From Terriglobia bacterium (GTDB lineage Bacteria; Acidobacteriota; Terriglobia; JAJPHL01; JAPKYU01), in the NCBI GenBank assembly GCA_965223005.1, contig CBDCVK010000010.1, positions 480,001 to 544,000 of the forward strand: DNA of 64,000 nucleotides. Direction: 5' to 3'. A program made the position numbers and the translations under genes. The notes below the pieces were generated by a model. It saw only the letters and a program-made list of their open reading frames with translations, ran no database searches and was not told where the DNA came from. Below are positions 43,026 through 51,985 of this stretch, piece by piece. How positions within the stretch are numbered: position 1 is the first letter of the stretch; every line of letters begins with the position of its first letter.

Positions 43026-43449
43026 CGTTTCGGCAGTCTAGCAGAAAAATCGCGACCGAGAGCAACAGAACACTGAGGGCCAAGTTCAAGTTGGAACCGG
43101 GAAGCTATGGTTTAGCCAGAGCTTCCTTGTTGCCAGCTATCGTTGCCAGCCATCACACACAGTGAGTTGCACCAAGCCAAAGAGATGGGAAAAATATGGG
43201 CGCGCGGAAAAGTGATTTTCCGCCCGCAAGAGCCCGTGATGGGGACGTGATCGAAATTGCCAGGGTCAAACTGCCGTTCAGTTTAAGAAAGTAGAGTCGA
43301 ACGTGCACTCACTCGCCCACCAGCCACGTGAACTAGCTCCGCACACAGCATTCTGCTGATGGATTCCCGCCGCTGAAGGATCCTCGAAGGATCGTTGGGC
43401 CACCACTAAATGGCGGCCCTGTAATCGAAGCAGCTCTGCCCGGGGCCGG

Positions 43450-43632
43450 CTATGAGGCTCGAACCAGCAGCGGACGTGCGCGGATGGCTTCCCCCGCTGC
43501 CTCCAGAGCCGCAAGTTCGTTGTCCATCACCACAAGCCGCCGGGAAAAGCCGGCGCAACTCCAGCAAACGGCTCGCTTGATCTCATCCCGCGTCATCAGG
43601 AGTTCTCCGCAGGCGCATTGGTTAGGTTTCAT
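43450..43632 (-). CDS. Small Cys-rich hypothetical protein
   Basis: CAC..CWSC possible Zn ribbon; GGAGGTG RBS upstream of the ATG. Confidence 0.5.
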   Translation of the reverse strand: MKPNQCACGELLMTRDEIKRAVCWSCAGFSRRLVVMDNELAALEAAGEAIRARPLLVRAS

Positions 43633-43781
43633 CTTTCACCTCCAACGCCTGCAAAGATATGCGCGCTCCACCCGACTGGCAATAGAACGCCCGTCTCATT
43701 TTGCGTGGGACGGCAGTACTGAGTCCGCCCACCCCGATGGTACTGCGTGTCCTAGCTGGCCCGAACCCCGCTGGCTCCCGC

Positions 43782-44327
43782 TCATCCCCCGGCAGACAGA
43801 CGACTGCAAACCGCATAGGCGCCGTTGGGGTCAATCGCGCTCCCGCCTTTCTCGATGTGGCGAATGATCCCCTGCTTATCCACCACGAAGGTGACCCGCA
43901 GAGCGAAGTTGCGCTCGGGATCCAGAATCCCGTATTTCTTGCTGACCTCGCGCATGAAGTCGCTCAGAAGCGGAAACTTCACCCCGAGGTCTTCGGCGTA
44001 ACGACGATTGGCGTAAGAGCTATCCACGCTGATGCCCAGCACCTGCGAGCCGGTCTTTTCGAATTTGGCGATATCATCCTGATACGCCTTCAGTTCCTTC
44101 GTTCAACCACCCGTGAATGCCAGGACGTAGAAGGCCAGTACCACATTCTTCTTCCCCTTGAAATCGCTCAACCGGACCGGCTTGTTGTTCTGATCCGGAA
44201 GCGTGAAATCGGGCGCGGAATCGCCTACTTTCAGATGGGTCATGACGTCGGGTGGCGGCTGAGCCGGGGCCAGACTGAGTGGCGCGGGCAGAATCAAAGC
44301 CAGTGCCAAAGCTGTTCGACAAACCAT
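43782..44327 (-). CDS. AhpC/TSA peroxiredoxin, selenoprotein (UGA at 44103-44105)
   Basis: Two ORF-track pieces join in frame as VLAFYVLAFTGG-U-TKELKAYQ..VLGISVDS..FPLLSDF. The UGA sits at the peroxidatic TxxC position and a SECIS-like hairpin follows. N-terminal signal peptide. Confidence 0.92.
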
Positions 44328-44505
44328 ACGCCTACCTCCAGTTTCTTGCAATTTCGGGATTTGCACAGGATTCCGTCGATGCGCTCGTTCCTTGCACGAC
44401 CCCCGAATTATGTACCCAAATCCTGGCTTCGTCCAGTTTTTGGTAGCGGACACTCCACTGCGGCGAGGGTCCTGCAGCGGCGGTGGGAGTCCACGGCTTT
44501 CCATC

Positions 44506-44534
44506 TTGACACCACGAGGACCCGAAGCTAGGAT
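44506..44534 (+). promoter_or_regulatory. Sigma70 promoter
   Basis: TTGACA-17 nt-TAGGAT. Confidence 0.7.
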
Positions 44535-44561
44535 GCGCCTACACGAGAAAGGAGGTGGTCG

Positions 44562-44609
44562 ATGTTGCAGGATCCATTATGTAGGCCCCGTGAGGTGGTC
44601 GCGCCTTAG
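44562..44609 (+). CDS. 15-aa small ORF MLQDPLCRPREVVAP
   Basis: Directly downstream of the promoter and of the extended SD AGAAAGGAGGTGGTC. Confidence 0.55.
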   Translation: MLQDPLCRPREVVAP

Positions 44610-44843
44610 GGCGGAATTTGCCTCAGAGCCGTCGTGTTTTCTTTCTGCTTGCCTGTGGCTGTAGAATTCCGCCTCAGGTACTCTTACGCGGCTACCGGCG
44701 CCGGGCAGGAGGGGTTGGCCCTTCGGCCCGGCGTTTCGCTTCTATCAGGGTGCTGAAAATTAGCGACTGGATCCGCTCAGAACCGTTTTCTGACGCCCGC
44801 AGTTCCTTAACTGTAACCACTTGTCAAGCCGCAACCCACTGAT

Positions 44844-45917
44844 CTAAAACAGCTTGAACTTGATGGTCAGATACTTTTTCGGGTCCTTCCGGAAGTCGGC
44901 GATCAGGCCGCGCATCTCCAGGCTGAAGGTATTGACGTTCTCATAAAACGCCTGGTCATGAAGGAACCTGCCGAAGGAACCCTCACCGCGTTCCAGCCGG
45001 CCGGCGATCTTGTCAATACGGCCCATCGCGGAATTGGCTCGGTTGTAAAACGATTCGTCCTTCAGCAGCCGGCCGACCGTCCCACGCCCCGCGTTCACGT
45101 CAGTAACCACGCGATTGGCCCGGGTCATCAACTGGTCGGCGTTTTCGTAGAGCCCGGGATCATAGATGAACCTGCCCAGGGAACCCTTGCCCTCGCGCAC
45201 TTCGTCAAGCACTCCGTCCACTTTCGTCACGCTGCTTCGGATCTCGTCGTACAGGTCTTCGGTCATGATCAGCTTGCCCAGGGTCCCCTTTCCCGCAGCA
45301 GCATTGGAAATTAGAAGGCGCGCGTCATTCACGGTCTGGTCCGCCTTCCGCCACAGCGCCTCGTCGTAGAGGAGCTTTCCCAGACTGCCTTCTCCGGACT
45401 CGACCTGCTCTATAACGCGGTCCACACGCCCCGCGATGCGATTGAGTTTGGTCATTGCGTCGGCGCCCGTAGCCAGGACCTCACTGAGTTCCGGGGTTTC
45501 CTTGAGCTTGATCTCCCCGCCGGCCTGGATCAGCGGCTGCCCGGGACTGCCCCGGGTAATATTGATGAAGCGTTGGCCCAGCAGCCCTTCGGCATCCAGG
45601 CGGGCCAGGGAGTCGGTGCGCAGTTCCTGCTGATACTTGCGCAGGATGCGCATGACCACCTCCACCGACCGGTCGGGCTCGTGGCTGCCGGAGACGCGGA
45701 TTTCCGCCACGTTGCCCACGTCAATGCCGGTCAGGCGCACCGGGTCGCCGGTCTTCAACCCGGCGGCGTCCTCCATGAAGACGCTGATGAGATATTTGCG
45801 CTCCAACAGGCCTTCGCCAGTCATCAGGAAGACCACGGTGGCAAAAATGATCAGGCTGGTCAGGACCAACAGGCCAACGCGCAGTTGGGTCCACTGAAGT
45901 TGCTTGGGTTGCGGCAT
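44844..45917 (-). CDS. mlaD: MCE/MlaD family protein
   Basis: N-terminal TM; AGLKTGDPVRLTGIDVG, GLLGQRFI and repeated GSLGKLL helices. Confidence 0.9.
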   Translation of the reverse strand: MPQPKQLQWTQLRVGLLVLTSLIIFATVVFLMTGEGLLERKYLISVFMEDAAGLKTGDPVRLTGIDVGNVAEIRVSGSHEPDRSVEVVMRILRKYQQELRTDSLARLDAEGLLGQRFINITRGSPGQPLIQAGGEIKLKETPELSEVLATGADAMTKLNRIAGRVDRVIEQVESGEGSLGKLLYDEALWRKADQTVNDARLLISNAAAGKGTLGKLIMTEDLYDEIRSSVTKVDGVLDEVREGKGSLGRFIYDPGLYENADQLMTRANRVVTDVNAGRGTVGRLLKDESFYNRANSAMGRIDKIAGRLERGEGSFGRFLHDQAFYENVNTFSLEMRGLIADFRKDPKKYLTIKFKLF

Positions 45918-45935
45918 GCGACCTCCTCAAGGAAA

Positions 45936-46751
45936 CTACAAGACAAACTTTCGCACGTATGAGTCCTGCGAGCGAAACAGTTCCTGATGGCTGCCGTCGA
46001 AGACGACTTCGCCTTCGCGCAGGACCAAGAACGAAGTGTTGGTGTCCACCTGTCGACCGTCGGAATCAGCGGGCAGCAGGCGACCAGCCGTTTCATCAAA
46101 ATAGTAGTTGGCCACCACGTCGGCGTCCTGGAGGCGGTGCGTCACCAGCAGGCTGCTGACGTCCTGCAGGTCGCCCAGACGGATGATCAACGAGACGATG
46201 GCACGTCCGGTGAGCGGGTCCAGGCCGCCGGTGGGCGAGTCGTAGAGCATCAGTGGCGGCTCGCCGACGAAAGCTCGAGCAATCGCCACCCGGCGGCGCA
46301 TGCCGCCGGACAGCTCCGAGGGCAATTTTTGCATGGCGTCTTCCAGATCCACAAAGCGCAGTGCCTGGCGCACCCGTCGCTCCTCCTCCTCGGGCGGCAG
46401 GGCCCGGTCCCCCTGGAAGACGTAGCCGACGTTCTCGGCCACGCTGAGCGAGTCGAACAGCGCGCTTTCCTGGAACACCATGCCGATTTTCTGCCGGATG
46501 GGCTGCAGTGTCTCCTCGCCGAACCCGGTGATGTCCTCTCCAAAAACCGAGACGCGACCCGAATCGGGACGGAACAGCCCCAGCGCCGTCTTCAGCAACA
46601 CCGATTTGCCCGAGGCCGTGGCTCCCAGCAGAACCTTGGTTTCGCTGCGCGCGAGCCGGAAGCTGATGTCGTGCAGCACCGGTGCATCGTCCAGGGTCAG
46701 TTGGACCCGGTCGAACTCCAGCACTACCTCCGAACTGCGCTCCAGCGCCAT
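45936..46751 (-). CDS. mlaF: MlaF-type ABC ATPase
   Basis: GATASGKS, FQESALFDSL and LSGGMRRR motifs; Walker B reads YDSP. Confidence 0.9.
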   Translation of the reverse strand: MALERSSEVVLEFDRVQLTLDDAPVLHDISFRLARSETKVLLGATASGKSVLLKTALGLFRPDSGRVSVFGEDITGFGEETLQPIRQKIGMVFQESALFDSLSVAENVGYVFQGDRALPPEEEERRVRQALRFVDLEDAMQKLPSELSGGMRRRVAIARAFVGEPPLMLYDSPTGGLDPLTGRAIVSLIIRLGDLQDVSSLLVTHRLQDADVVANYYFDETAGRLLPADSDGRQVDTNTSFLVLREGEVVFDGSHQELFRSQDSYVRKFVL

Positions 46752-47530
46752 TACATGACGGCCAGGAGGAACTTGGTAATGAAGAAATCGGTTGCCAGGA
46801 TCAGCACCGAAGCGGCCACCACCGCTTGGGTCGTCGAGCGTCCCACCCCCTCGGTGCCGCCGCGGGTGGTCAGTCCGAAATAACAGCCCACCATGGAGAC
46901 GATGAAACCGAAAACGAACGGCTTCACCAGGCCCTGGAACACGTCTTCGAAGTGCAGGGCCTGATAGGCGCTGGTCCAGTACTGGATCGGGTCCATGCGG
47001 ATGATGAAGAAGGAAACCACGAAGCCGCCGATCAGACCCACGAAATCGGCGATCACCGTCAGCAGCGGCAACATCGTCACTGTAGCCACCACCCGAGGGG
47101 TCACCAGTTTCTTGCTGGGGTCGGTGCCCAGGGCGCGCATGGCGTCTATCTGCTCGCTCACCGCCATGGAGCCCAGCTCACTGGCCATGCCAGAACTGTT
47201 GCGCCCGGCCACCATCAACGCCGTCAGAACCGGTCCCAGCTCTTTGACTAGCGACAGGGCCACCAGTTGACCGGCGAGGGAGACAGCTCCGAAAGTTTGC
47301 AGCATCTGGGAGGTCTGCAACGCCAGCACCGCCCCGGTGAAGAACCCGGCCAGGATCGCAATAGGCAGCGAGCCTACACCGATGATGTCCATCTGGACCA
47401 GAATGTCGGCCCAATAGCGGGGGCGGGAGAAGAGGTTTCTGATGGCCCGCGCGCCCAGAAAGGTGAACTCCTGGACGGCGAAGACTTTGCCTTTGGCAAA
47501 ATCGGCAGGCAGGGTGAAGATGCGGTTCAA
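46751..47530 (-). CDS. mlaE: MlaE-type ABC permease
   Basis: [21 protein letters not shown] and GVGRSTT motifs; start set at TTG 47530. Confidence 0.92.
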   Translation of the reverse strand: MNRIFTLPADFAKGKVFAVQEFTFLGARAIRNLFSRPRYWADILVQMDIIGVGSLPIAILAGFFTGAVLALQTSQMLQTFGAVSLAGQLVALSLVKELGPVLTALMVAGRNSSGMASELGSMAVSEQIDAMRALGTDPSKKLVTPRVVATVTMLPLLTVIADFVGLIGGFVVSFFIIRMDPIQYWTSAYQALHFEDVFQGLVKPFVFGFIVSMVGCYFGLTTRGGTEGVGRSTTQAVVAASVLILATDFFITKFLLAVM

Positions 47531-47635
47531 GGTGATTCGTTTTTCCTCACCGCGCGGCTTCCAAATTCCAATGTAACACAAACTGCCCGCTCCGACGCAC
47601 ACGCCCCCAGCGGTACAATAGAATGCCAACGAGCG

Positions 47636-48751
47636 ATGAGTATCCGTATCCTGGGCATCGAGTCCTCTTGCGATGAGACGGCGGCCGCGGTCGTCGAACA
47701 GGGGTCACGCGTGCTTTCCAATGTAGTGGCATCGCAGATCGCCACCCATCAGCCCTACGGCGGAGTGGTGCCCGAACTGGCGTCGCGAGAGCACCTGAAG
47801 GCCATCGTGCCGATCGTCGGCAGAGCATTGGCGGAAGCCGGAATCGGCTGCGACGAGCTGGAGGCGGTCGCCGTCACCCAGGGGCCCGGACTGGTCGGTT
47901 CCTTGCTGGTGGGGGTGACTTACGGCAAGGCGTTGGCCTTCTCGCGGAGCTTGCCGTTGATCAGCGTCAACCACCTGGAAGGCCACATCCACGCCGTGCT
48001 GCTAGAGCAGCGACTGGCGGGCAGCCCGGAGGTGGAGTTGCCGGCTCTGGCCCTGGTCGTCAGCGGCGGCCACACTCTAACTTGCCTGGTGGAGCAGGAG
48101 AGTGGCCGCTTCCGGTACCCGGTACTGGGCAGGACCCGCGACGATGCAGCCGGCGAAGCCTTCGACAAGGTAGCCAAGCTTCTGGGGCTCGGCTATCCGG
48201 GCGGCCCAGTCATTGACCGTCTCGCCGCTCACGGCAATGCCCACGCGGTGCGCTTCACTCCGCCAAAGATCAAAGGCAACTCGCTGGATTTTAGCTTCAG
48301 CGGCATCAAGACTGCCGTGCTGCGCTATGTGGAATCCCATGCGCTGGCCGCGGAAATCGAGCGCCGCCGCGTCCTGCTCGACCGCCAACCCCGGGTCCCG
48401 ACTGAGTCTTTCCTGGAGCTATCGAGCCCGACCACGCTGGATCTGGTGGCCAGCTTCCAGCACTCTGTGGTCGAGCAACTGGTGCAACGCACACTGGTTG
48501 CCGCCCAACTGCGCGACGTGCGTGCGATCATTGTTTCGGGCGGCGTGGCCTGCAATTCTCTGCTGCGCGCACGCTTCCAGCAGCTCCCTGGCAACCGGCG
48601 GATTCCCGTGTTCTTCCCCAGCATGGCACTTTCGACCGACAACGCGGTGATGATCGCTGCGGCCGCCTATCCCAAGTTTCTGGCCCGGGATTTCGCCGGC
48701 TTCGACCTGCCCGCAGAGCCGGGCTTACCGCTGGAGGGAAGCGCCGGCTGA
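47636..48751 (+). CDS. tsaD: tRNA N6-adenosine threonylcarbamoyltransferase
   Basis: [36 protein letters not shown] and TDNAVMI motifs. Confidence 0.97.
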   Translation: MSIRILGIESSCDETAAAVVEQGSRVLSNVVASQIATHQPYGGVVPELASREHLKAIVPIVGRALAEAGIGCDELEAVAVTQGPGLVGSLLVGVTYGKALAFSRSLPLISVNHLEGHIHAVLLEQRLAGSPEVELPALALVVSGGHTLTCLVEQESGRFRYPVLGRTRDDAAGEAFDKVAKLLGLGYPGGPVIDRLAAHGNAHAVRFTPPKIKGNSLDFSFSGIKTAVLRYVESHALAAEIERRRVLLDRQPRVPTESFLELSSPTTLDLVASFQHSVVEQLVQRTLVAAQLRDVRAIIVSGGVACNSLLRARFQQLPGNRRIPVFFPSMALSTDNAVMIAAAAYPKFLARDFAGFDLPAEPGLPLEGSAG

Positions 48752-48795
48752 TAGGCAGCCCTGGCGACGGGTGCCTATTTGGCGGCGACGCGTGC

Positions 48796-49119
48796 TTACT
48801 TGGCGCGGAACACGACCCAGGAGAAGACGATCGCCGCCAGGACGCTAATGATCAGAAAAATTCCAGTGGGGATGAAGTTCCCGGTCTTGGCTACCCGCAT
48901 GGAGAAATTGATCGTCAGCAACAGCGCCGTCACCGAAGCAATGGCAAACCCCGGCCGTGGTCGGGAGCGGGACACGGCGAAGGCGCCCAGCAACACGATC
49001 GCGCTGCCGAAGCCCCCGATGAGGGAGGCGGTGCTTCCGGCGGCGCGGTAGCCCATGATGCCGCCGATCAGCATCAGCGCCGCGTAAGTTAGAAGAGCAA
49101 TCGTCGCAAATCTGGTCAT
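48796..49119 (-). CDS. TMEM14 family membrane protein
   Basis: YAALMLIGGIMGY..GSTASLIGG, four TM helices, F.PTG. Confidence 0.8.
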   Translation of the reverse strand: MTRFATIALLTYAALMLIGGIMGYRAAGSTASLIGGFGSAIVLLGAFAVSRSRPRPGFAIASVTALLLTINFSMRVAKTGNFIPTGIFLIISVLAAIVFSWVVFRAK

Positions 49120-49155
49120 TGGCTGGCTCTCAGCGAAAGACAACACGCCGGGGGT

Positions 49156-49905
49156 TCATCGAGCGAGCTTCCGGTAGTCCTCGGCGACGATATCAACCAG
49201 GCGGCACATTTCTTGCAGCCGGGACGTCACTCGCGCTCCCAGGCGCTCTTCGAAGGTTGCATACGTGCGGCGCTTTCCAGGCACGCCGCTCACGGGGTCT
49301 TCCTTCAGATTGGCGGTGAGCAGCGTGGGCTTCTTCTCGTTGTAGCGGTGATTGAGGAGGTAGTTAATGGTGTCTTCCACCCAGTCGGAAACGCGGTTGG
49401 CTCCCAGATCGTCAATCACCACCACTTCGGTCTCCAGTACCGGCCGCATCACCTCACGCTCGGCGGTCAGCGCCTTCGGGTTGTAGCTGGACTGGATGCG
49501 CTTCAGCAGTTCCTGGTAGTCCAGGAACAGGACTTCGGCGCCCTTCTCGACGAGGCCTTTCAGCAGAGCCACCGTCAGGTGGGTCTTGCCGACGCCGGTC
49601 TCGCCCATCAGTAGCAGGCCCTTGCCGTCCACCAGCGGGTAGTCGGCCAGGTACTGATCCACGACGCCTAAAGCTTTCCACAGCGACTCGTTGCGCGGGC
49701 CGCCCCGCGGCGGGTACAGCTCGAAATTGGTGAAGGCGCAGGCCTGGTACCGCGGCGGAATCCGCGCCGCAGCCAGTGCGCGCTCCAGGCGGGTCTGGGT
49801 GCGGCACTCGCAGGGCACCACGGCGTCGCCGGTTCCGCTGGAGCGCCAGCCAGTGCCCGAGCACAGCGGGCACGCCACAGATGCGTCACTGATCGGCGAG
49901 GCCAT
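49156..49905 (-). CDS. DnaC/IstB-like helicase-loader ATPase
   Basis: CPLC..CEC Zn motif, GETGVGKT, IDDLG, RYN..TANL and RVTSRL motifs. Confidence 0.88.
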   Translation of the reverse strand: MASPISDASVACPLCSGTGWRSSGTGDAVVPCECRTQTRLERALAAARIPPRYQACAFTNFELYPPRGGPRNESLWKALGVVDQYLADYPLVDGKGLLLMGETGVGKTHLTVALLKGLVEKGAEVLFLDYQELLKRIQSSYNPKALTAEREVMRPVLETEVVVIDDLGANRVSDWVEDTINYLLNHRYNEKKPTLLTANLKEDPVSGVPGKRRTYATFEERLGARVTSRLQEMCRLVDIVAEDYRKLAR

Positions 49906-50060
49906 GGCATCCAGTCCAAGCTATCCCGACACCGGGCAAATTCCGGTCCCTACAATATCGCCTTGAACGCCATGGGTCAAAGAATGCCGAGTGTCTCCTA
50001 CACAGGCGCCGGAGACGCTCGTAAACACGGTGGTAGTGGCCGGGCTTTAGCTGCTCCAAT

Positions 50061-50927
50061 TCACGGCTTTGTCTTATGAGCGCTAAGCAGAAATCCAGAC
50101 ACGATTCCAATGAGCTGGATTGCTGCTCGCGCTTCTACATCTGAAACGGTCGGCAGCCAAGGTCTTCCGTGTCCAGTACCCTCCTTGTTTCTGAGAGCGT
50201 TCACAGCACAACCAGTCTCGTATAGAGCCCGCGCCAGTCGACGCTGTGGCGGTTCGGTTTGCTGTGGTGCGGTAAGTGGAGTTGCGAGCTCTAATGCTGT
50301 GAACGCCTGACCGAGCAGTGTGGGGAAGTTGGCTTGTTGAGGATACTGTCCGTAGCGTTCATAGATCACGTGAGCCGCTGTGGCCTCCAACAGGTCTTTG
50401 CCCGCGCCCACCAAGAGCGCGGCATCCTGACTTCCTCGTCGGGCACGCCGAACATACGCCTCTAGGGCGCTTGTTAACTGCACACCAGTGAGCGTGTCGA
50501 TACTAGTGGGTTGGAGCTCTCCTTCCGCCGTGAGCACATACCCTTCACCGCGGAATGCGTCCGCAGCATCTGTGATTGCGTCTTCCCTGACAAAGTTGGG
50601 AGACCCGCGGCGGAATCCACCCTTTCCCCGAATCAGCGCAACCAGTGCAGCTAGGAAGACCTCTCCGCTTTCGGGAGCATTATCCAACGCCCAGCTCAAC
50701 ACTGCTCGAACTCTCTTCGCCTTACCGACGATTTGCCCCTGCAATTTGGGATCGCCTGCGCCCAGATCTGCGCGAGTAATCCGGAACTCGATGTCGGAAT
50801 GGCTTGGCTCGCGCGTTTCTGTCTGCGCGTCGTCTACAAGGCGAGCGACCGCGGTTATGATGGCGTCACTGAGCGGCGCGTGCGGTCGTTTTTCTCGTTG
50901 ATTCGTTGTCACACTTGACCACCCCAC
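50061..50927 (-). CDS. Abortive infection family protein (Abi_C, HEPN-like C-terminus)
   Basis: KDLLEATA and C-terminal LRNKEGTGHG (RN..HG); codon usage looks less GC-biased than flanking genes. Confidence 0.75.
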   Translation of the reverse strand: MGWSSVTTNQREKRPHAPLSDAIITAVARLVDDAQTETREPSHSDIEFRITRADLGAGDPKLQGQIVGKAKRVRAVLSWALDNAPESGEVFLAALVALIRGKGGFRRGSPNFVREDAITDAADAFRGEGYVLTAEGELQPTSIDTLTGVQLTSALEAYVRRARRGSQDAALLVGAGKDLLEATAAHVIYERYGQYPQQANFPTLLGQAFTALELATPLTAPQQTEPPQRRLARALYETGCAVNALRNKEGTGHGRPWLPTVSDVEARAAIQLIGIVSGFLLSAHKTKP

Positions 50928-50946
50928 CCAATACCGATGTGAACCA

Positions 50947-51000
50947 GCCTAACGCAATGAAGCTCAGTCGCGCGGCGCCTTCTTGCAGTTCGCTGCATCC
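50947..51000 (-). mobile_element. Eroded integron attC-like site
   Basis: Minus strand GGATGCAGCGAAC...CTGAGCTTCATTGC-GTTAGGC: L''/L'-like boxes and a perfect R' GTTRRRY, but no RYYYAAC R'' box. Confidence 0.5.
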
Positions 51001-51542
51001 TGGCACTCCACAGCTACGCTTGGTCGCTTCGAGACCTGGCTCCTCCCCTTATTCCACAGAGCGCCAAGGACCCCCAACCACACGGTCCCGACAAACACCA
51101 TGACCCAAGGGTGAACGCACTTCTCATACAGGTGAACGCACTTCTCATACAAGTTGAACAGTAACTTGACGCCTACCACGGTGAACGAACCCACGAACAT
51201 ATGCCACATGTGGGGCCACCTCGGCGTTGTATCCTGTAGGAAATCCTTGAGTTTCCCTTCTTGTAGTAATTCGTGGTGAAGGCGCGACCGGAAAAATCGA
51301 AAGGTGGCGACGTAATACACCCCCATCACGGTCAAGAGAAGGCCAGCGGACTCAGGCCACAACTCTTCGGCGTTTTTGTCATCAAAGCTAGCCGCGAGCA
51401 GAGCACCAACCCCAGCTGAGAAAATGGTGATTACGACCCATTGGAGTTGGTCATAGTGTCGGCTCCACTCCTGCCCATGCTGGTGCGCATCCTGGTCGGT
51501 TTTCTTTCTTTCTTTTTCCTCGTCTTCCTTTTCCACCGACAC
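50964..51542 (-). CDS. Hypothetical membrane protein (cassette-like gene)
   Basis: About four TM helices and a GGGAGGTG RBS immediately after GTTAGGCTG; contains a 21-bp tandem repeat (LYEKCVH x2). Confidence 0.65.
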   Translation of the reverse strand: MSVEKEDEEKERKKTDQDAHQHGQEWSRHYDQLQWVVITIFSAGVGALLAASFDDKNAEELWPESAGLLLTVMGVYYVATFRFFRSRLHHELLQEGKLKDFLQDTTPRWPHMWHMFVGSFTVVGVKLLFNLYEKCVHLYEKCVHPWVMVFVGTVWLGVLGALWNKGRSQVSKRPSVAVECQDAANCKKAPRD

Positions 51543-51550
51543 CTCCCTTG

Positions 51551-51590
51551 CAGCCTAACTCTTGTTTATGCTGTCCCGCATAAAATCCGT
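51551..51590 (-). mobile_element. attI-like simple site
   Basis: Minus strand GCATAAA-CAAGA-GTTAGGC has the same L/5-nt spacer/R geometry as attI1 (CCCTAAA-ACAAA-GTTRRRY). Confidence 0.55.
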
Positions 51591-51985
51591 CCCGGTCGGC
51601 ACAAGAGGAAACCCCCACAGCCGGGCTGCGGTGGTGACTTCTGAGTTCAGCGGAATTCGCGTCCGCGTGCAATTATAGCTGACCGAGATGCCTTAGAGCG
51701 GTTGACGATAGTGCGCTATAGCCTTGTAGCCAATCCTTCTTCCCGTGTGCCTGTTGCTGTCGCGAACAGCCCTTTACACCAACAAACGATTACCGCCCAA
51801 TAAACGCTGTTCCCGGATTGTGACTTCGGGCTGGGATGCGCCGGTTTCCAGTTCAAACTGACCGACTAGCGGAGGGGTGGGTCGTTGATGCGGTTAGGGG
51901 CGTGTGCTAGGATGGGCGTCTTGGAAGCCGCCGGGAAAATCTACCGGGGCGGAGCCTTCCCTTTCCGCTCCAAGGAGCTTCTGCC

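Noticed and set aside
49156-49905. IS21 IstB helper
   Set aside because: No istA or IRs nearby; the N-terminal Zn motif and housekeeping context fit a DnaC-like loader.
49886-50110. 74-aa ORF and a possible attC after the Abi gene
   Set aside because: The ORF overlaps both neighbours and has no motif; no paired R''/R' boxes can be found.
51549-51585. dif/pdif site
   Set aside because: No TTATGTTAAAT XerD arm and the spacing does not fit; attI geometry fits better.
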